Of a DNA stretch of 64,000 bases, positions 8,655-20,646 are shown one piece after another. How positions within the stretch are numbered: position 1 is the first letter of the stretch; the number at the start of each line of letters is the position of its first letter. Below the pieces are notes generated by a model, which saw only the letters and a list, made by a program, of their open reading frames with translations, had not been told where the DNA came from and did no database searches. Location of the stretch: positions 11,637 through 75,636 of the forward strand of contig DUPN01000065.1 in assembly GCA_012838305.1 (NCBI GenBank), given 5' to 3'. A program made the position numbers and the translations under genes. The stretch comes from Bacillota bacterium. GTDB lineage: Bacteria > Bacillota > Limnochordia > Darwinibacteriales > Darwinibacteriaceae.

Positions 8655-10451
8655 GTGGTGAAGCGATGGTTTTGCGTGTCCTTGATCCTATTGCTTGTGA
8701 TCATGGGTGGATGGCAGGTCCAGGCCCGGTCACATCGTTTTGTGGATCTAGAAATCGACGCCAGGGTAGGAGCTGACGGCCTGGTACGTGTGTCCGAGAT
8801 ACATACGGTGCAATTTGATGGGACCTTCACAGGGATGTATCAATGGCTGAATACTCAAAGGGATATTCAAGTGCGTGATGTGGAAGTCCTGGAAGAAGGT
8901 GTTCCTTATACGCGGCTGGAAGCGGAGGCTCCAGGGCCTACGGGCACCTTTTTTGTTCAGGACAAAGGAGATCAGCTCCATATTGATTGGAGTTTTGAGG
9001 CCACTGACGAGATTCGCCGTTTTGAACTGCGTTATGTGTTGGATAATATTATCCTGAAACACAAGGACGCGGCGGAATTCTACTATCAGTTTGTGGGCAG
9101 TTATTGGGATCAGCCCCGGGATCATGTGCGGATTGTGTTATCTCTGCCTACGGGGGCTGCAGCCGATCAGGTGGCGGCGTGGGGATACGGCCCTTCCCAA
9201 GGAACTGTGGACATTGTCTCCCCAAGTCAGATCGTCTGGGAAGTGGAGAATCTTAAGGAGCGCACCTTTGTGGAGGGTAGGGTTATTTTTCCCAACGAAT
9301 TGGTGCCTTTGGGAACCCGCTATACGAACCAGAATCGCCTTGAGGAAATTATCCGGGAAGAAGAGGGGAGAGCGCTGTCTAGGGAGCGCAGGGCCAAGCT
9401 TCAAGGCATTGACCCTTACGCCGCTGCTGGGGTGTTTACCCTGGCCTATCTTTGCGTTCTTTTTATCTGGCGTCGGTTTGGTCCGCCGAAAACGGGCTAT
9501 ACCGATCGTTATTACAAAGAGCTCCCGGCCAAGTACCCCCCGGCCGAAATGTCCATTTTGTATCGGCGTACAATCGATGGTCGGGACCTGACAGCTACTT
9601 TGCTCGATCTAGCCAGGCGGGGCTTTCTCAAAATCGAAGAGGTTGTGGGTTTACAGGGGAAGGGCAGCGGCAGAGAGTCAAGCTACAAGTTTATCCAGGA
9701 AAGCGTCTCCACAGAGCAACTGATGGGACTGCAGCCCTACGAAACCAGGGTCCTGGAGCTGCTTTTCCAGGATCTGAAGGGAAAGGCTGTAACGCTGGAA
9801 GACCTCCAGTCGTATGCCAAGGATCAGCCCAAGGCCTTTTCTGCCTTTTGGTCTGCGTGGGTGAAGGATATCAAAGACGCAGCCGAGGGCCGGGATTTCT
9901 TTGACCCTAATGCCAAGGGGGTTCTGTGGCTTTTGCTTCCCTCCATTTCCCTACTTTTCCTGGCCCTATTTCCCTTTGCCTACGGAATGTACTTTACTGG
10001 GACGGTGAGTTTGGTTATGGGGCTGGCCCTGACGATCGTTGTGGGCGTAGCGTCCGGCCGCCGTTCAGAGCGGGGACACGAGGAGTACACTAAGTGGAAG
10101 GCATTTCGCCGCTATCTGAAGGAATCTTCCAGGGTCGAGACGGCCCGGGTTGGCTCTCTAGGGATCTGGGAGACGTTTTTGCCCTATGCCGTTGCTCTGG
10201 GCGTCGCGGATCCAATGCTCAAACAGCTGGAGGTCCGTTTTCCCCGTTTGGAGCAGGATGGTTATGCCTTTGGGAGCCATTGGTTCATCTATTACCAGAC
10301 CGCGGGGATGTACCGTGTCAGCCATATGACGCATATGGTGGAGAAATCCGTGACCCAAATGACTGTATCCCAGTTGAGCGGGGGAACGGGGGGCGGTTTT
10401 TCCGGTGGTGGAGGAGGCGGCTTCGGGGGAGGCGGAGGCGGTGTGCGCTAG
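8655..10451 (+). CDS. DUF2207 domain-containing membrane protein with a Gly-rich C-terminal tail
   Basis: Signal/transmembrane N-terminus, large extracytoplasmic domain, predicted transmembrane helices around aa 250 and 420-460. C-terminal GGGFSGGGGGGFGGGGGG tail is characteristic of DUF2207 proteins. Confidence 0.7.
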   Translation: MVKRWFCVSLILLLVIMGGWQVQARSHRFVDLEIDARVGADGLVRVSEIHTVQFDGTFTGMYQWLNTQRDIQVRDVEVLEEGVPYTRLEAEAPGPTGTFFVQDKGDQLHIDWSFEATDEIRRFELRYVLDNIILKHKDAAEFYYQFVGSYWDQPRDHVRIVLSLPTGAAADQVAAWGYGPSQGTVDIVSPSQIVWEVENLKERTFVEGRVIFPNELVPLGTRYTNQNRLEEIIREEEGRALSRERRAKLQGIDPYAAAGVFTLAYLCVLFIWRRFGPPKTGYTDRYYKELPAKYPPAEMSILYRRTIDGRDLTATLLDLARRGFLKIEEVVGLQGKGSGRESSYKFIQESVSTEQLMGLQPYETRVLELLFQDLKGKAVTLEDLQSYAKDQPKAFSAFWSAWVKDIKDAAEGRDFFDPNAKGVLWLLLPSISLLFLALFPFAYGMYFTGTVSLVMGLALTIVVGVASGRRSERGHEEYTKWKAFRRYLKESSRVETARVGSLGIWETFLPYAVALGVADPMLKQLEVRFPRLEQDGYAFGSHWFIYYQTAGMYRVSHMTHMVEKSVTQMTVSQLSGGTGGGFSGGGGGGFGGGGGGVR

Positions 10452-10525
10452 GTGCAGCCAGAAATTACCCTAGCTCGCATACAGGACCTTGCATCCGAAT
10501 GTGGAAGTGATCGGTTTGAGGAGCG

Positions 10526-11869
10526 ATGAACATGAACAAGATAGGTCATAGACTAGGGGTTTTATTCTTGGTATGCGCCTTTTTCTTGGGAACCACCAAT
10601 GGGTTTGCCTTGGGCCATGTCCAGGAGGAAAAGGTAGTTGTGCTGGACTTTTTAGCCCTGGATGATCAGGGCGATTATATTGACACCAGAAATCTAAGCG
10701 TGGCGGACTTGACGAATCTATCCCGTGTCATGTCCCAAGGGATTGCCGCTAGATTAGTGCAGTATGGCGAGTTTGAGGTGCAGGACAGTATTTCCTTAGG
10801 CCAGGCCCTTGATGAGTTGGGCTTCGCCTTTGATACTTCGGCCTGGGATCGTGCCGAGGCGGTTTTAACCGCGGGCCTCGCCGATCAGGTTATTACAGGT
10901 TCCATCACTCTGCTGCAAAATACGGCGGTCATTGGGGTGCAGCGTTTTCAAATGCAAGATGCGCGTTTGCAGCTGGTGGGATCCGCCATGGGTTCTGCCC
11001 CGAAGATCTCGGATGCACCACAATTGGTGGATAGTCTCGTGACGAGCCTATTCCCTGCAGAGGTACAAGTGATAGAGCGCTCTGTTGAACAGGTGTTTGC
11101 CGTTCCCGGTCAGGTCCGGCTGAACTTGGGCCAATCCAAACAGATCGAAGTCTATGCCTTGGATGCTCTGGGACGACCGGTGGCCAATCCCCAGTTTTTG
11201 TTCTTTTCCAGTGAAGAATCGAAGGTTTCTGTGGACGAGCATGGGGTCGTGACAGGTCTTCAGCCAGGCGCGTCCACCATTACGGTGAGGGCGATCAGCC
11301 GCACAACTCGATCTGGCTCTCCAGCCACGATGAACGTGACAGTATTGCCGCCCACCTTTGGGATTCGTGTCGGTAGCCTCTTAACCCGGCGAGGCGAGGT
11401 CGAGGGGTTTCCTGTGCGCATCGGTCTCAGATTAACTCCCACCATCGATCAAAAGGGGAGCCAGACCGTACCGCCAGCGATAGCTGATGCTCCGACTCCG
11501 ACCGGTCCGACGGAGAGTTCTAATCCATTGTCCATGATCTCCTCGTTTTTCGGCTCCATGCTCACAAATGGCCTCATGACAATTGACTTGGACTTGGATC
11601 CCTCCAGTGAGCTCTTGGTCTCTTTCAGCGGTGTGCAGCGCTCGGCCGGGGGATATTTAGGGACAGGCGTTGGCTACGTAACTCCTTTGGATGATATGGA
11701 GTCGCAGAGAGGTTTTGTACTGCGCTTCACTGCCGGTACGCAATATCGTGCCACCAACAGGATGTCCATTCCTGTGGAGGCAGTTGTCGATGCCATTTTC
11801 CCGACGGCCAGTATTCTCAATCCCACCTTCAGGATTGGCATCAATCTTGGTTTGGATCTGTTTCCTTAG
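10526..11869 (+). CDS. secreted protein with a bacterial Ig-like (Big_2) domain
   Basis: Signal peptide and a Big_2-like segment (VSVDEHGVVTGLQPGASTITVRAIS). Remainder unrecognised. Confidence 0.55.
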   Translation: MNMNKIGHRLGVLFLVCAFFLGTTNGFALGHVQEEKVVVLDFLALDDQGDYIDTRNLSVADLTNLSRVMSQGIAARLVQYGEFEVQDSISLGQALDELGFAFDTSAWDRAEAVLTAGLADQVITGSITLLQNTAVIGVQRFQMQDARLQLVGSAMGSAPKISDAPQLVDSLVTSLFPAEVQVIERSVEQVFAVPGQVRLNLGQSKQIEVYALDALGRPVANPQFLFFSSEESKVSVDEHGVVTGLQPGASTITVRAISRTTRSGSPATMNVTVLPPTFGIRVGSLLTRRGEVEGFPVRIGLRLTPTIDQKGSQTVPPAIADAPTPTGPTESSNPLSMISSFFGSMLTNGLMTIDLDLDPSSELLVSFSGVQRSAGGYLGTGVGYVTPLDDMESQRGFVLRFTAGTQYRATNRMSIPVEAVVDAIFPTASILNPTFRIGINLGLDLFP

Positions 11870-11872
11870 AGG

Positions 11873-11924
11873 ACGAAAACCCGAACGATATTTGGTGTTC
11901 CTCTGAAATCGTTCGGGTTTTCGT
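11873..11924 (+). terminator. long hairpin terminator (ACGAAAACCCGAACGAT ... ATCGTTCGGGTTTTCGT) after the Big_2 gene
   Basis: 17 bp perfect inverted repeat followed by a T-rich tract. Separates the upstream gene from the pur leader. Confidence 0.5.
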
Positions 11925-11977
11925 TGACAGGGAAGTTCCACATTGATAGAATGAAGATGAGAATTAAACATGGTTAG

Positions 11978-12048
11978 CCCCTATATAATCGCGGGAATAT
12001 GGCTCGCAAGTTTCTACCCAGAGACCGTAAATCACTGGACTATAGGGG
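11978..12048 (+). promoter_or_regulatory. purine riboswitch aptamer, guanine/hypoxanthine class
   Basis: P1 CCCCTATA/TATAGGGG. Conserved core UAUAAUCGCGGGAAUAUGGCUCGCAAGUUUCUACC...ACCGUAAAU...GGACUAUA closely matches the B. subtilis xpt/purE aptamers. The specificity position is C (GGACUAUA), indicating guanine class. It lies in the leader of purE. Confidence 0.85.
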
Positions 12049-12133
12049 AAAGTTGACGATCCTGCTCTGGGCTGATGCTTTCCCTTGCGTCTCCCGGAGT
12101 TTCTATTTTCTAAATTGAAGAGGAGGTTTAGGT

Positions 12134-12622
12134 GTGCAACCAAGAGTAGGAGTTGTCATGGGGAGTGCCTCAGACTGGGATACGATGCAAAGGGCTTGCG
12201 CGGTCCTGGACGAACTGGGGATTGCTTATGAAAGACAAGTTATTTCTGGCCATCGCACTCCAGACTTGACCTTTACGTATGCCCAAGAAGCAAGGCAAAG
12301 GGGTCTAGAAGTGATCATTGCTGGGGCGGGATTAGCAGCACACCTCCCTGGAATGCTGGCAGCGAACACAATATTGCCTGTGATCGGCGTGCCTCTCGAG
12401 GCGGGCCCCCTAAACGGTTTTGATGCTCTTCTGTCCATCGTGCAAATGCCGGGAGGTATTCCCGTTGGTACTATGGCCATTGGCCAACCCGGGGCCGCCA
12501 ATGCTGCCTGGTATGCAGCGGCAATTCTCAGCCTTGGTGATCCTGACCTGGCTGCTCTGCTGGAGGCAAAAAGGGAAGCCATGTCCCAGGCGGTGCAAGC
12601 TAGTAATTCCAAACTAGGATAG
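12134..12622 (+). CDS. purE: 5-(carboxyamino)imidazole ribonucleotide mutase PurE
   Basis: 162 aa with the PurE signature GVVMGSxSDW and AHLPG. RBS GAGGAGG upstream with a GTG start. Confidence 0.9.
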   Translation: MQPRVGVVMGSASDWDTMQRACAVLDELGIAYERQVISGHRTPDLTFTYAQEARQRGLEVIIAGAGLAAHLPGMLAANTILPVIGVPLEAGPLNGFDALLSIVQMPGGIPVGTMAIGQPGAANAAWYAAAILSLGDPDLAALLEAKREAMSQAVQASNSKLG

Positions 12623-12633
12623 GAGCGACGGCC

Positions 12634-13926
12634 ATGATTGAACGTTATACTCGCAGCGAGATGCAGGGCATTTGGTCAGAGGACAATCGCTTCCGAGCCT
12701 GGCTTGAAGTGGAGATCCTGGCCTGTGAAGCCTGGGCCGAGCTTGGGGTGATTCCCTGGGACGATGTGCAAAAGATTCGAGAAAGTGCCAGCTTTGATCG
12801 GGTCCGTATTGCAGAAATTGAGACCCAAACCCGCCATGATGTGGTTGCTTTTACCCGCTCCGTGGCAGAGTCTTTAGGGGAGGAGGGCAAGTGGATTCAT
12901 TATGGCCTTACTTCCACAGATGTGGTGGACACAGCCAACTCCTTTCTGCTAAAACAAGCGAATGCCGTATTGCGGCGGGACCTATCCCATTTCAGAGACG
13001 TTCTCCAAGCCAAGGCCCGGGAACACAAATACACTCTGATGATGGGGCGTACCCATGGCATCCATGCTGAGCCAACAACATTTGGGCTCAAACTCGCACT
13101 GTGGTACGCCGAGATGGGCCGGAACATAGAACGTTTCGAGGCGGCCGCGGCCCAGATCGAGGTCGGTAAGATCTCCGGCGCCGTTGGAACCTACGCTAAT
13201 ATCGATCCCTTCGTGGAAGAGTATGTCTGCCAGAAGCTTGGTTTGACACCGGCCCCAATTTCCACCCAAACCCTGCAGCGGGATCGCCACGCCCACTACA
13301 TCAGCACCCTCGCTTTGATTGCCACGTCCATTGAGAAATTCGCAACCGAGATCCGAGCTCTGCAAAAGAGCGAAGTACGGGAGGTGGAGGAATACTTTTC
13401 ACCCGGTCAAACCGGATCCTCAGCCATGCCCCATAAACGCAACCCCATTGGTTCGGAGAACATGAGCGGCCTGGCACGGGTTGTGCGGGGATACATGCTC
13501 ACCGCCTATGAGAATGTCAGCCTCTGGCATGAACGGGATATCTCCCATTCCTCGGCCGAGCGCATCATTTTACCGGATGCCACCACTTTACTGAACTATA
13601 TGCTCAATCGGTTCGCCAAGATCATCGAGGAGCTCACCGTGTTTCCGGCCATGATGGCAAAGAATATGGATCATTCTCTAGGGCTGGTCTTCTCCCAGCA
13701 GGTGCTGCTGGCCCTCATCGAGGGGGGATTAACGAGAGAGGAGGCCTATGACCTTGTGCAACCCCTGGCGATGCAGGCATGGAGGGAGCAGAGTTCCTTC
13801 TTCGATTTGGTGTCAGCGGATCCAGGAGTCACCAGGGTACTATCCCGGGAAGAGATAACAGGCTGTTTTGATCCTGGTTATCACAGCAAGTATGTGGACT
13901 TGATTTTTCAGCGCTTAGGATTATGA
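12634..13926 (+). CDS. purB: adenylosuccinate lyase PurB
   Basis: 430 aa. Fumarate-lyase signature [11 protein letters not shown] and the [11 protein letters not shown]-terminus typical of PurB. Confidence 0.95.
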   Translation: MIERYTRSEMQGIWSEDNRFRAWLEVEILACEAWAELGVIPWDDVQKIRESASFDRVRIAEIETQTRHDVVAFTRSVAESLGEEGKWIHYGLTSTDVVDTANSFLLKQANAVLRRDLSHFRDVLQAKAREHKYTLMMGRTHGIHAEPTTFGLKLALWYAEMGRNIERFEAAAAQIEVGKISGAVGTYANIDPFVEEYVCQKLGLTPAPISTQTLQRDRHAHYISTLALIATSIEKFATEIRALQKSEVREVEEYFSPGQTGSSAMPHKRNPIGSENMSGLARVVRGYMLTAYENVSLWHERDISHSSAERIILPDATTLLNYMLNRFAKIIEELTVFPAMMAKNMDHSLGLVFSQQVLLALIEGGLTREEAYDLVQPLAMQAWREQSSFFDLVSADPGVTRVLSREEITGCFDPGYHSKYVDLIFQRLGL

Positions 13927-13941
13927 GGGGGACAAATCCAA

Positions 13942-16152
13942 ATGACGGAAAAACAGTATCAACCTAGTGCAGAACAGGTTTGGCAGGAAAAGCTATATGC
14001 CGACATGGGTTTGACCGAGGAGGAATACCGACGGATTCAAGACCTCTTGGGCCGGCTGCCAAACTACACGGAAGTAGGTCTCTTTTCTGTTCTCTGGTCG
14101 GAACACTGCAGTTACAAGAATTCTAAGCCCATCCTAAAAAGGCTCCCCACCAGCGGACCGCAGGTACTGCAAGGTCCAGGGGAGGGGGCGGGAGTGGTGG
14201 ATATCGGCCACGGACAAGCCTGTGTCTTTAAAATTGAGAGCCATAACCATCCATCCGCTGTGGAACCCTTTCACGGAGCTGGAACGGGTGTTGGAGGAAT
14301 TCTGCGGGACGTGTTCTCCATGGGAGCGAGGCCCCTTGCAGTCTTAAACTCCCTGCGCCTTGGGGAGCTTGACAACGAGCGCAGCAAGTATCTATTTCGG
14401 GAAATCGTGGCAGGGATCGCCCACTATGGCAATACAGTCCAGGTGCCCACCGTGGGAGGCGAAGTACAGCATGACCCCTGCTATGAGCACAATCCACTGG
14501 TGAACGCCATGGCTGTTGGTTTGGTGCAGCATGGGCAGATCCAAAAGGGCTTGGCTGCGGGTGTGGGCAACTCCGTGATCTATGTGGGGGCGCCGACCGG
14601 AAGGGACGGCATTCATGGCGCCACCTTTGCCTCCGTCCAATTCGACAGTGATGAGCAGAGAGAGCCTGTGGCCCTGCAAGTGGGCTATCCCGAAATCGGC
14701 AGGCGCCTGATGGCAGGTTGTCTTGAGGTGGCCTGTGCATCGGCCCTCGTGGGCATGCAGGACATGGGAGCAGCTGGACTAACCAGCTCTTCCGCGGAAA
14801 TGGCTAGTAAGGCCGGGACGGGGATTGAACTGAACTTAGATTTGGTTCCCCAAAGCGAAGCGAATATGACGGCCTATGAGATGATGCTTTCGGAATCCCA
14901 GGAGCGCATGCTGCTGGTGGTGGAAAAGGGACGAGAGGCGGAGATTATGGATCTGCTCAAAAGGCATGATCTTGATGCCGTCGTCATTGGTAAGGTGACA
15001 GATGATCAGATGCTGCGCCTCTGGCACTTAGGGGAAGTGCGGGCAGAAGTGCCCGTGACCGCGCTTGTGGATCATGCTCCCGTCTATCATCAACCGTCCC
15101 GAGAACCTGCTTATTACCGAGAGTTTCAGGCTATGGAGCCTTGGGTTCCCCAGATCTCTGATCTTAAGGAAACATACCTCCAGTTACTACAAAGCCCAAC
15201 GGTGGCCAGTAAAGCTTGGGTGTATGATCAGTTTGCTGCGGGCGAAGGCATCTTGCTTGGAGCAGGTTCGAATGCGGCTGTTGTGGCCATTCCAGATAGC
15301 GACAAGGCCTTGGCCCTGACGACAGACTGCAATTCCAGGTATATCTATCTCGACCCTTACCTGGGGGGAGCTATGGCAGTGGCTGAGGCGGCCCGCAATA
15401 TCGTCTGCTCCGGCGGCAAACCTTTAGCTATCACCGATGGACTCAACTTCGGCAGCCCTTACAAGCCGGAGATCGTCTGGCAGTTGGAAAGGTCGGTGGA
15501 GGGTATCAGTGCCGCCTGTAACGCTTTGGATACCCCCGTTGTTGGCGGAAATGTCTCTCTTTCCAATGAGACGGACGGAAAGGCCATCTATCCCACTCCC
15601 ATCATAGGCATGGTGGGGCTTTTGGAGCAGCGCTCCTTGTTGACCACGAAGGATTTCAAACAGAGCGGTGATTTGATCTACCTGGTGGGCAGCACCAAAG
15701 CGGAGTTCGGAGGCAGTGAGCTGCAAAAGATGCTGGAGCGAGACATCTTCGGTCGCCCGCCTCAGCTTGACTTAAGTCTCGAGCAATCACTGCAAGCCCA
15801 AGTGAGTGAGGCCATTGGCGCTGGCTTGGTTCAGTCCGCAACCGACCTCTCCGAGGGGGGCTTGGCTGTGGCTTTGGCGGAGTGTCTAGTAGATAGCCAT
15901 CTAGGTGCCTCTCTGGACTTGGGCGATGATCTGGCTAGTGCACTTTTTAGCGAGTCCCAGTCACGCTTTCTGCTGTCGGTGAAACCGCAGGACCGAGCTG
16001 GCTTCGAGGATCTGGTGGATGCAACCTTGCTTGGGTCTGTTACGGAGCAGCCTGTCTTGTCCATCACATCCCAAGGGAAACCCGCTTTGGAAATAGATAC
16101 GGCAGAGATCGCTCAAGTATGGAAAGGAGCCATAGCATGCTTGCTGAGCTAA
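13942..16152 (+). CDS. purL: phosphoribosylformylglycinamidine synthase subunit PurL (small, Firmicute type)
   Basis: 736 aa small-PurL size with N-terminal EHCSYK and AIR-synthase-related repeats. Confidence 0.95.
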   Translation: MTEKQYQPSAEQVWQEKLYADMGLTEEEYRRIQDLLGRLPNYTEVGLFSVLWSEHCSYKNSKPILKRLPTSGPQVLQGPGEGAGVVDIGHGQACVFKIESHNHPSAVEPFHGAGTGVGGILRDVFSMGARPLAVLNSLRLGELDNERSKYLFREIVAGIAHYGNTVQVPTVGGEVQHDPCYEHNPLVNAMAVGLVQHGQIQKGLAAGVGNSVIYVGAPTGRDGIHGATFASVQFDSDEQREPVALQVGYPEIGRRLMAGCLEVACASALVGMQDMGAAGLTSSSAEMASKAGTGIELNLDLVPQSEANMTAYEMMLSESQERMLLVVEKGREAEIMDLLKRHDLDAVVIGKVTDDQMLRLWHLGEVRAEVPVTALVDHAPVYHQPSREPAYYREFQAMEPWVPQISDLKETYLQLLQSPTVASKAWVYDQFAAGEGILLGAGSNAAVVAIPDSDKALALTTDCNSRYIYLDPYLGGAMAVAEAARNIVCSGGKPLAITDGLNFGSPYKPEIVWQLERSVEGISAACNALDTPVVGGNVSLSNETDGKAIYPTPIIGMVGLLEQRSLLTTKDFKQSGDLIYLVGSTKAEFGGSELQKMLERDIFGRPPQLDLSLEQSLQAQVSEAIGAGLVQSATDLSEGGLAVALAECLVDSHLGASLDLGDDLASALFSESQSRFLLSVKPQDRAGFEDLVDATLLGSVTEQPVLSITSQGKPALEIDTAEIAQVWKGAIACLLS

Positions 16153-17519
16153 GGGGCTTACAGGAAGAGTGCGGGGTTTTTGGCATCTGGAATCATCCTA
16201 GAGCTGCTCAGATGACCTACTATGCCCTCCATAGCTTGCAGCATCGCGGCCAGGAAGGAGCTGGAATCGCAGCCACGGACGGAAAGTCCCTGCTCATTCG
16301 CAAAGGCCAGGGCTTGGTGGCAGAAGTCTTTAACGCGCAGTGCATGGAAAAGCTGCAGGGGTCCGGAGCGATCGGTCATGTACGTTACTCTATTGGAGGA
16401 GTTAACGGATTCGAGAATGTGCAGCCCCTTCTGTTCCGATCCCAAAGCGGCGATATCGCCATGGCGCACAATGGGAATATTACCAATTCCAGAGTACTGC
16501 GGGGCGCCTTAGAAGAGGCGGGAAGTATCTTCCAGACGGCCGCCGATGCAGAAATCCTGGCCCACTTGGCTCGGCGGGGAGGCCCGGGAGCGGTTCCCCA
16601 CCAGATGATGGGGGCACTCGAGCAGCTCGAGGGAGCCTACGCTTTTGTGATCCTGACAGAGAATGCCCTCTATGCGGCGTTGGATCCCTATGGGCTGAAG
16701 CCCCTGGCACTCGGTAAACTAGGCGACGGCTATGTAATCTCCTCGGAAACCTGTGCCTTTGATCTGATTGGCGCTCGATTCCTACGTGATGTGCAGCCGG
16801 GGGAGTTTTTGACCATCAACCATCAAGGTGTGCAGAGTGCGTTTTTCGCCGCCAGTCCCAAGCGTGCTCTGTGCAGCATGGAATACGTCTATTTTTCCAG
16901 GCCTGACAGCAATTTACGGGGCCTCAACGTTCATACCGCCCGCAAGAGGTTGGGTAAGGCCTTGGCCAGAGAACACCCGGTTGGGGCCGATGTGGTCACA
17001 GGCGTACCCGATTCGAGCCTGTCTGCAGCCATTGGCTATGCAGAGGCCACAGGCATCCCCTACGAGCTGGGCCTAATTAAGAGCCGCTATGTGGGGCGCA
17101 CCTTTATTGAACCCTCTCAGTCGCTCCGGGAGCAAGGCGTTAAGCTCAAACTCTCCGCGGTCCAGGGCGTTGTGGAAGGCAAAAGGGTGGCCATGGTTGA
17201 TGATTCCTTTGTGCGCGGTACCACCAGCCGCCGCATCACTATGATGCTGAAGGATGCGGGAGCTACAGAGGTTCATGTCTTGATCGCTTCACCAACCATT
17301 CAGTACCCCTGCTTTTACGGGATGGATATCCTTAGCACAGATGAGCTGGCGGCTGCACGCCATGATTTGGAGGAGCTACGGATCATGATTGGAGCAGATT
17401 CCTTGCGGTTTTTGAGTGTAGATGCGATGCAGGAGGTCTTTGGCGTCGGTCTCTGCGCAGCCTGTTTTACTGGAGAGTATCCCATGGGAGGGGGTGGGCA
17501 CAGTGTCGCAGGCCTATAA
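16137..17519 (+). CDS. purF: amidophosphoribosyltransferase PurF
   Basis: The propeptide ends before the CGVFG catalytic Cys. Glutamine amidotransferase type 2 and PRTase domains. I moved the start to the ATG at 16137 (MLAELRG). Confidence 0.9.
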   Translation: MLAELRGLQEECGVFGIWNHPRAAQMTYYALHSLQHRGQEGAGIAATDGKSLLIRKGQGLVAEVFNAQCMEKLQGSGAIGHVRYSIGGVNGFENVQPLLFRSQSGDIAMAHNGNITNSRVLRGALEEAGSIFQTAADAEILAHLARRGGPGAVPHQMMGALEQLEGAYAFVILTENALYAALDPYGLKPLALGKLGDGYVISSETCAFDLIGARFLRDVQPGEFLTINHQGVQSAFFAASPKRALCSMEYVYFSRPDSNLRGLNVHTARKRLGKALAREHPVGADVVTGVPDSSLSAAIGYAEATGIPYELGLIKSRYVGRTFIEPSQSLREQGVKLKLSAVQGVVEGKRVAMVDDSFVRGTTSRRITMMLKDAGATEVHVLIASPTIQYPCFYGMDILSTDELAAARHDLEELRIMIGADSLRFLSVDAMQEVFGVGLCAACFTGEYPMGGGGHSVAGL

Positions 17520-18528
17520 ACAGGCTGGAGTGGATCTTGAGGCCGGTTATGCCAGCGTGGAGCGGATCAAAAAGCATCTGGAGCGAACGAAGCGCCTGGG
17601 CGCCACCGGGTCGGTGGGTGGTTTTGGGGGTCTCTTTGACCTAGGCGTCCTGGGTTTTAGGCATCCGGTTCTGGTCTCGGGCACAGATGGTGTAGGAACA
17701 AAGATTATGCTGGCCTTCCTTTTGAACAAGCACGACACAATTGGCATTGACGCCGTGGCCATGTGCGTCAATGATGTGCTGGTCCAAGGAGCTGAGCCCT
17801 TGTTTTTTCTGGATTATATTGCCTGTGGCAAAAATGATCCGCAAAGAACAGAAGAGATTGTGGCCGGTGTGGCCGAAGGATGCGTTCAAGCTGGTTGTGC
17901 CCTGATTGGGGGGGAAACTGCGGAGATGCCTGGTCTCTATGGCGAAGGGGAGTATGACTTGGCCGGCTTTGCAGTCGGTGTTTGCGAAAAAGACAGGCTT
18001 GTGGATGGCCGAACGATCCTACCCGGTGATGTTTTGTTAGGCCTTCCCTCCAGCGGTCTGCACAGTAATGGTTATTCCCTGGTACGCAAGGTGATCCTTG
18101 ACGAGCAGAAGATTTCGCTCGAGGACGATGTTCCCGAACTTGGACAGAGCTGGGGCGCAGAGTTGCTGCAACCCACAAGGATCTATGTGCGGCCGCTCCT
18201 GCCTTTGCTCAGGGAGGGCAGGCTCAAGGGTCTGGCTCACATCACAGGAGGAGGCTTCATAGAGAACATTCCCCGGATGCTTCCCAAGGGTCTTGGCGCC
18301 ACTTTGCAGCTTGGCTCCTGGGAAATGCCGGCTGTATTTGGCCTCTTGGAAAAACTAGGGGAGATTCCTTCCCAGGAGATGTACAACGTGTTTAACATGG
18401 GGGTTGGGATGGTGCTGGCCGTTGCGCCAAGCGAGGTGGACGATGTTCTAGGGCACTTCCAGGCCTGGGGAGAGACGGTGTACAGAATAGGGGAAGTGAT
18501 AGTGGATGAAGGAGTTCATCTGGTATGA
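17494..18528 (+). CDS. purM: phosphoribosylformylglycinamidine cyclo-ligase PurM
   Basis: AIR synthase motifs ([21 protein letters not shown]). I moved the start to GTG 17494 or 17503, because the longer ORF reads through the purF 3' end. Confidence 0.9.
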   Translation: MGTVSQAYKQAGVDLEAGYASVERIKKHLERTKRLGATGSVGGFGGLFDLGVLGFRHPVLVSGTDGVGTKIMLAFLLNKHDTIGIDAVAMCVNDVLVQGAEPLFFLDYIACGKNDPQRTEEIVAGVAEGCVQAGCALIGGETAEMPGLYGEGEYDLAGFAVGVCEKDRLVDGRTILPGDVLLGLPSSGLHSNGYSLVRKVILDEQKISLEDDVPELGQSWGAELLQPTRIYVRPLLPLLREGRLKGLAHITGGGFIENIPRMLPKGLGATLQLGSWEMPAVFGLLEKLGEIPSQEMYNVFNMGVGMVLAVAPSEVDDVLGHFQAWGETVYRIGEVIVDEGVHLV

Positions 18529-19106
18529 CGCCCATCGCTGTGTTCGCATCGGGCTTTGGTTCTAACTTACAGGCCATTTTGGATGCTGCGGCCCAGGGCC
18601 GGTTACAGGCCAAGATTGAGCTTGTGGTATCGGATCGCGCCAAAGCGTATGCGCTGGTGCGTGCCAAAGAAGCGAGTATTCCTGCCTTTGTTTTTAACCC
18701 CAGGGATTATGCCAGCAAAGCGGACTATGAGACGATGCTTGCAGCCAGGCTAGGGGAGCTCGGGGTGGAGTATCTGGTGTTGGCGGGCTACATGCGGCTG
18801 ATCGGTCCCACATTGCTTGAACGGTACCCCAACCGGATCATCAACATCCATCCGTCGCTTCTGCCGCTCTTTCCAGGTAAGGACGGGATTGGCCAGGCTC
18901 TGGCCGCGGGGGTGACAGAAACCGGGGTCACAGTGCATTATGTGGACGAGGGAATGGACACGGGGCCAATTATTGCCCAAAAACGCGTTCCAGTACTTCC
19001 GGGGGAGGAGAGGTCCAGCTTAGAGAGGAGAATTCACGGGGTGGAGCATCGCTTGTATCCCAGGGTTTTACAGCAGATTTTTTCACAGGAGGGGACCAAA
19101 TGCTAA
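18525..19106 (+). CDS. purN: phosphoribosylglycinamide formyltransferase PurN
   Basis: 193 aa with the formyltransferase motif NIHPSLLP. Its start overlaps the purM stop. Confidence 0.9.
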   Translation: MTPIAVFASGFGSNLQAILDAAAQGRLQAKIELVVSDRAKAYALVRAKEASIPAFVFNPRDYASKADYETMLAARLGELGVEYLVLAGYMRLIGPTLLERYPNRIINIHPSLLPLFPGKDGIGQALAAGVTETGVTVHYVDEGMDTGPIIAQKRVPVLPGEERSSLERRIHGVEHRLYPRVLQQIFSQEGTKC

Positions 19107-20632
19107 GGCGAGCGTTGATTAGTGTTTCCAACAAAGAGGGGTTGGCTGAGTTTGCCAAGGAGCTAGCTGCACTAGGTTTTGAACTAATTTCCACGGGCGG
19201 TACGGCCCGAATCCTGAGGGAGGCCGGGCTTTCCGTTGTTGATGTGGAAGCGGTCACAGGTTTCCCGGAAATCCTGGATGGACGGGTGAAAACCCTGCAT
19301 CCCAAGATTCACGGAGGACTTCTGGCCAAACTGAAGAAACCCGAACATCGGCAGACGCTCCAGAACTACGAGATTGCACCCATTGAACTTGTCTGTGTCA
19401 ACTTATATCCGTTCCAGGCCACCATCAGTCGACAGGACTGTACCTTGGAAGAGGCCATCGAAAACATTGATATAGGTGGTCCTTCTATGTTGCGCTCAGC
19501 CGCCAAAAACCATGAGCATGTGGCGGTTGTGGTCGATCCCTCGGATTACGATTGGGTGCTAGACGGCTTGAAGCAGGGAGGGCTAGATGGCGCCGCCCGG
19601 CGCAAACTGGCCGCTAAGGTGTTCCGGCATACGGCCGCCTATGACGCTTTAATTGCCAAGTACCTGACGGAGTTGGCAGGGGAGACATTCCCAGAGCAGC
19701 TCACTCTGACCTATGAACTGGAACAGAATTTGCGCTATGGGGAGAACCCCCAGCAGCAGGCGGCGTTTTACCGGACGCCCTTGGCTCCCGCCACTTCACT
19801 CGTCCACGCTAAGCAGCTGCAAGGCAAGGAACTCTCCTACAATAACATCAACGACGCCAACGCCGCTATAGGACTTCTGGCCGAATTCTCCGAGCCCTGC
19901 GCCGTTGCTGTCAAACATATGAATCCCTGTGGAGTGGGGGTAGGAGAAAATCTAGAGGAAGCATTTTCCCGGGCCTTCGCCGGTGACCCCGTTTCCATTT
20001 TTGGAGGGATCGTTGCCCTGAATCGTCCTGTAGATGTGCTTACAGCACAGAAACTCCACAAAGTCTTTTTGGAAATCATCATTGCTCCCTCCTTCGAACC
20101 AGGCGCCTTACAGATCTTGCAGGACAGGAAAAATCTGCGTCTCCTCAGTCTGGACATGGGGGAGAAAGAGACCGGGGCTTTAACGTATGTTTCTCTGCCG
20201 GGAGGTATGCTCACCCAGACAGCCGATGATCTAGACGTGGACGATGGAGACCTTAAGGTGGTGACAAAACGCGCGCCAACAGCCGAGGAGCTCGCCGCTC
20301 TCAAATTCGGCTGGAAAGTATGTAAGCATGTGAAGTCCAACGCCATTGTGGTCAGTAATGATGCCATGACTTTGGGGGTTGGAGCGGGGCAGATGAATCG
20401 GGTTGGTGCGGCGGAAATTGCTTTGCGCCAGGCCAAGGGTAAGGCCCAGGGTGCCTGCTTGGCCTCGGATGCCTTCTTCCCCATGGACGACACGGTGGAG
20501 TTAGCTGCCCAGGCGGGAATCACCGCCATCATTCAACCTGGAGGATCCATTCGGGATCAGGATTCCATTGACAAAGCGGATCAATATGGAATAGCCATGG
20601 TGTTCACTGGCCTGCGCCACTTTCGACATTGA
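19100..20632 (+). CDS. purH: bifunctional AICAR formyltransferase / IMP cyclohydrolase PurH
   Basis: 510 aa. MGS-like N-terminal domain ([10 protein letters not shown]) and AICARFT domain. Confidence 0.95.
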   Translation: MLRRALISVSNKEGLAEFAKELAALGFELISTGGTARILREAGLSVVDVEAVTGFPEILDGRVKTLHPKIHGGLLAKLKKPEHRQTLQNYEIAPIELVCVNLYPFQATISRQDCTLEEAIENIDIGGPSMLRSAAKNHEHVAVVVDPSDYDWVLDGLKQGGLDGAARRKLAAKVFRHTAAYDALIAKYLTELAGETFPEQLTLTYELEQNLRYGENPQQQAAFYRTPLAPATSLVHAKQLQGKELSYNNINDANAAIGLLAEFSEPCAVAVKHMNPCGVGVGENLEEAFSRAFAGDPVSIFGGIVALNRPVDVLTAQKLHKVFLEIIIAPSFEPGALQILQDRKNLRLLSLDMGEKETGALTYVSLPGGMLTQTADDLDVDDGDLKVVTKRAPTAEELAALKFGWKVCKHVKSNAIVVSNDAMTLGVGAGQMNRVGAAEIALRQAKGKAQGACLASDAFFPMDDTVELAAQAGITAIIQPGGSIRDQDSIDKADQYGIAMVFTGLRHFRH

Positions 20633-20646
20633 GGGAGGTACCATCC

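Noticed and set aside
10380-10451. GGN-rich simple repeat (GGTGGTGGAGGAGGCGGCTTCGGGGGAGGCGGAGGCGGT)
   Set aside because: It encodes the poly-Gly tail of the DUF2207 protein. It is a coding low-complexity region, not a CRISPR or other functional DNA repeat.
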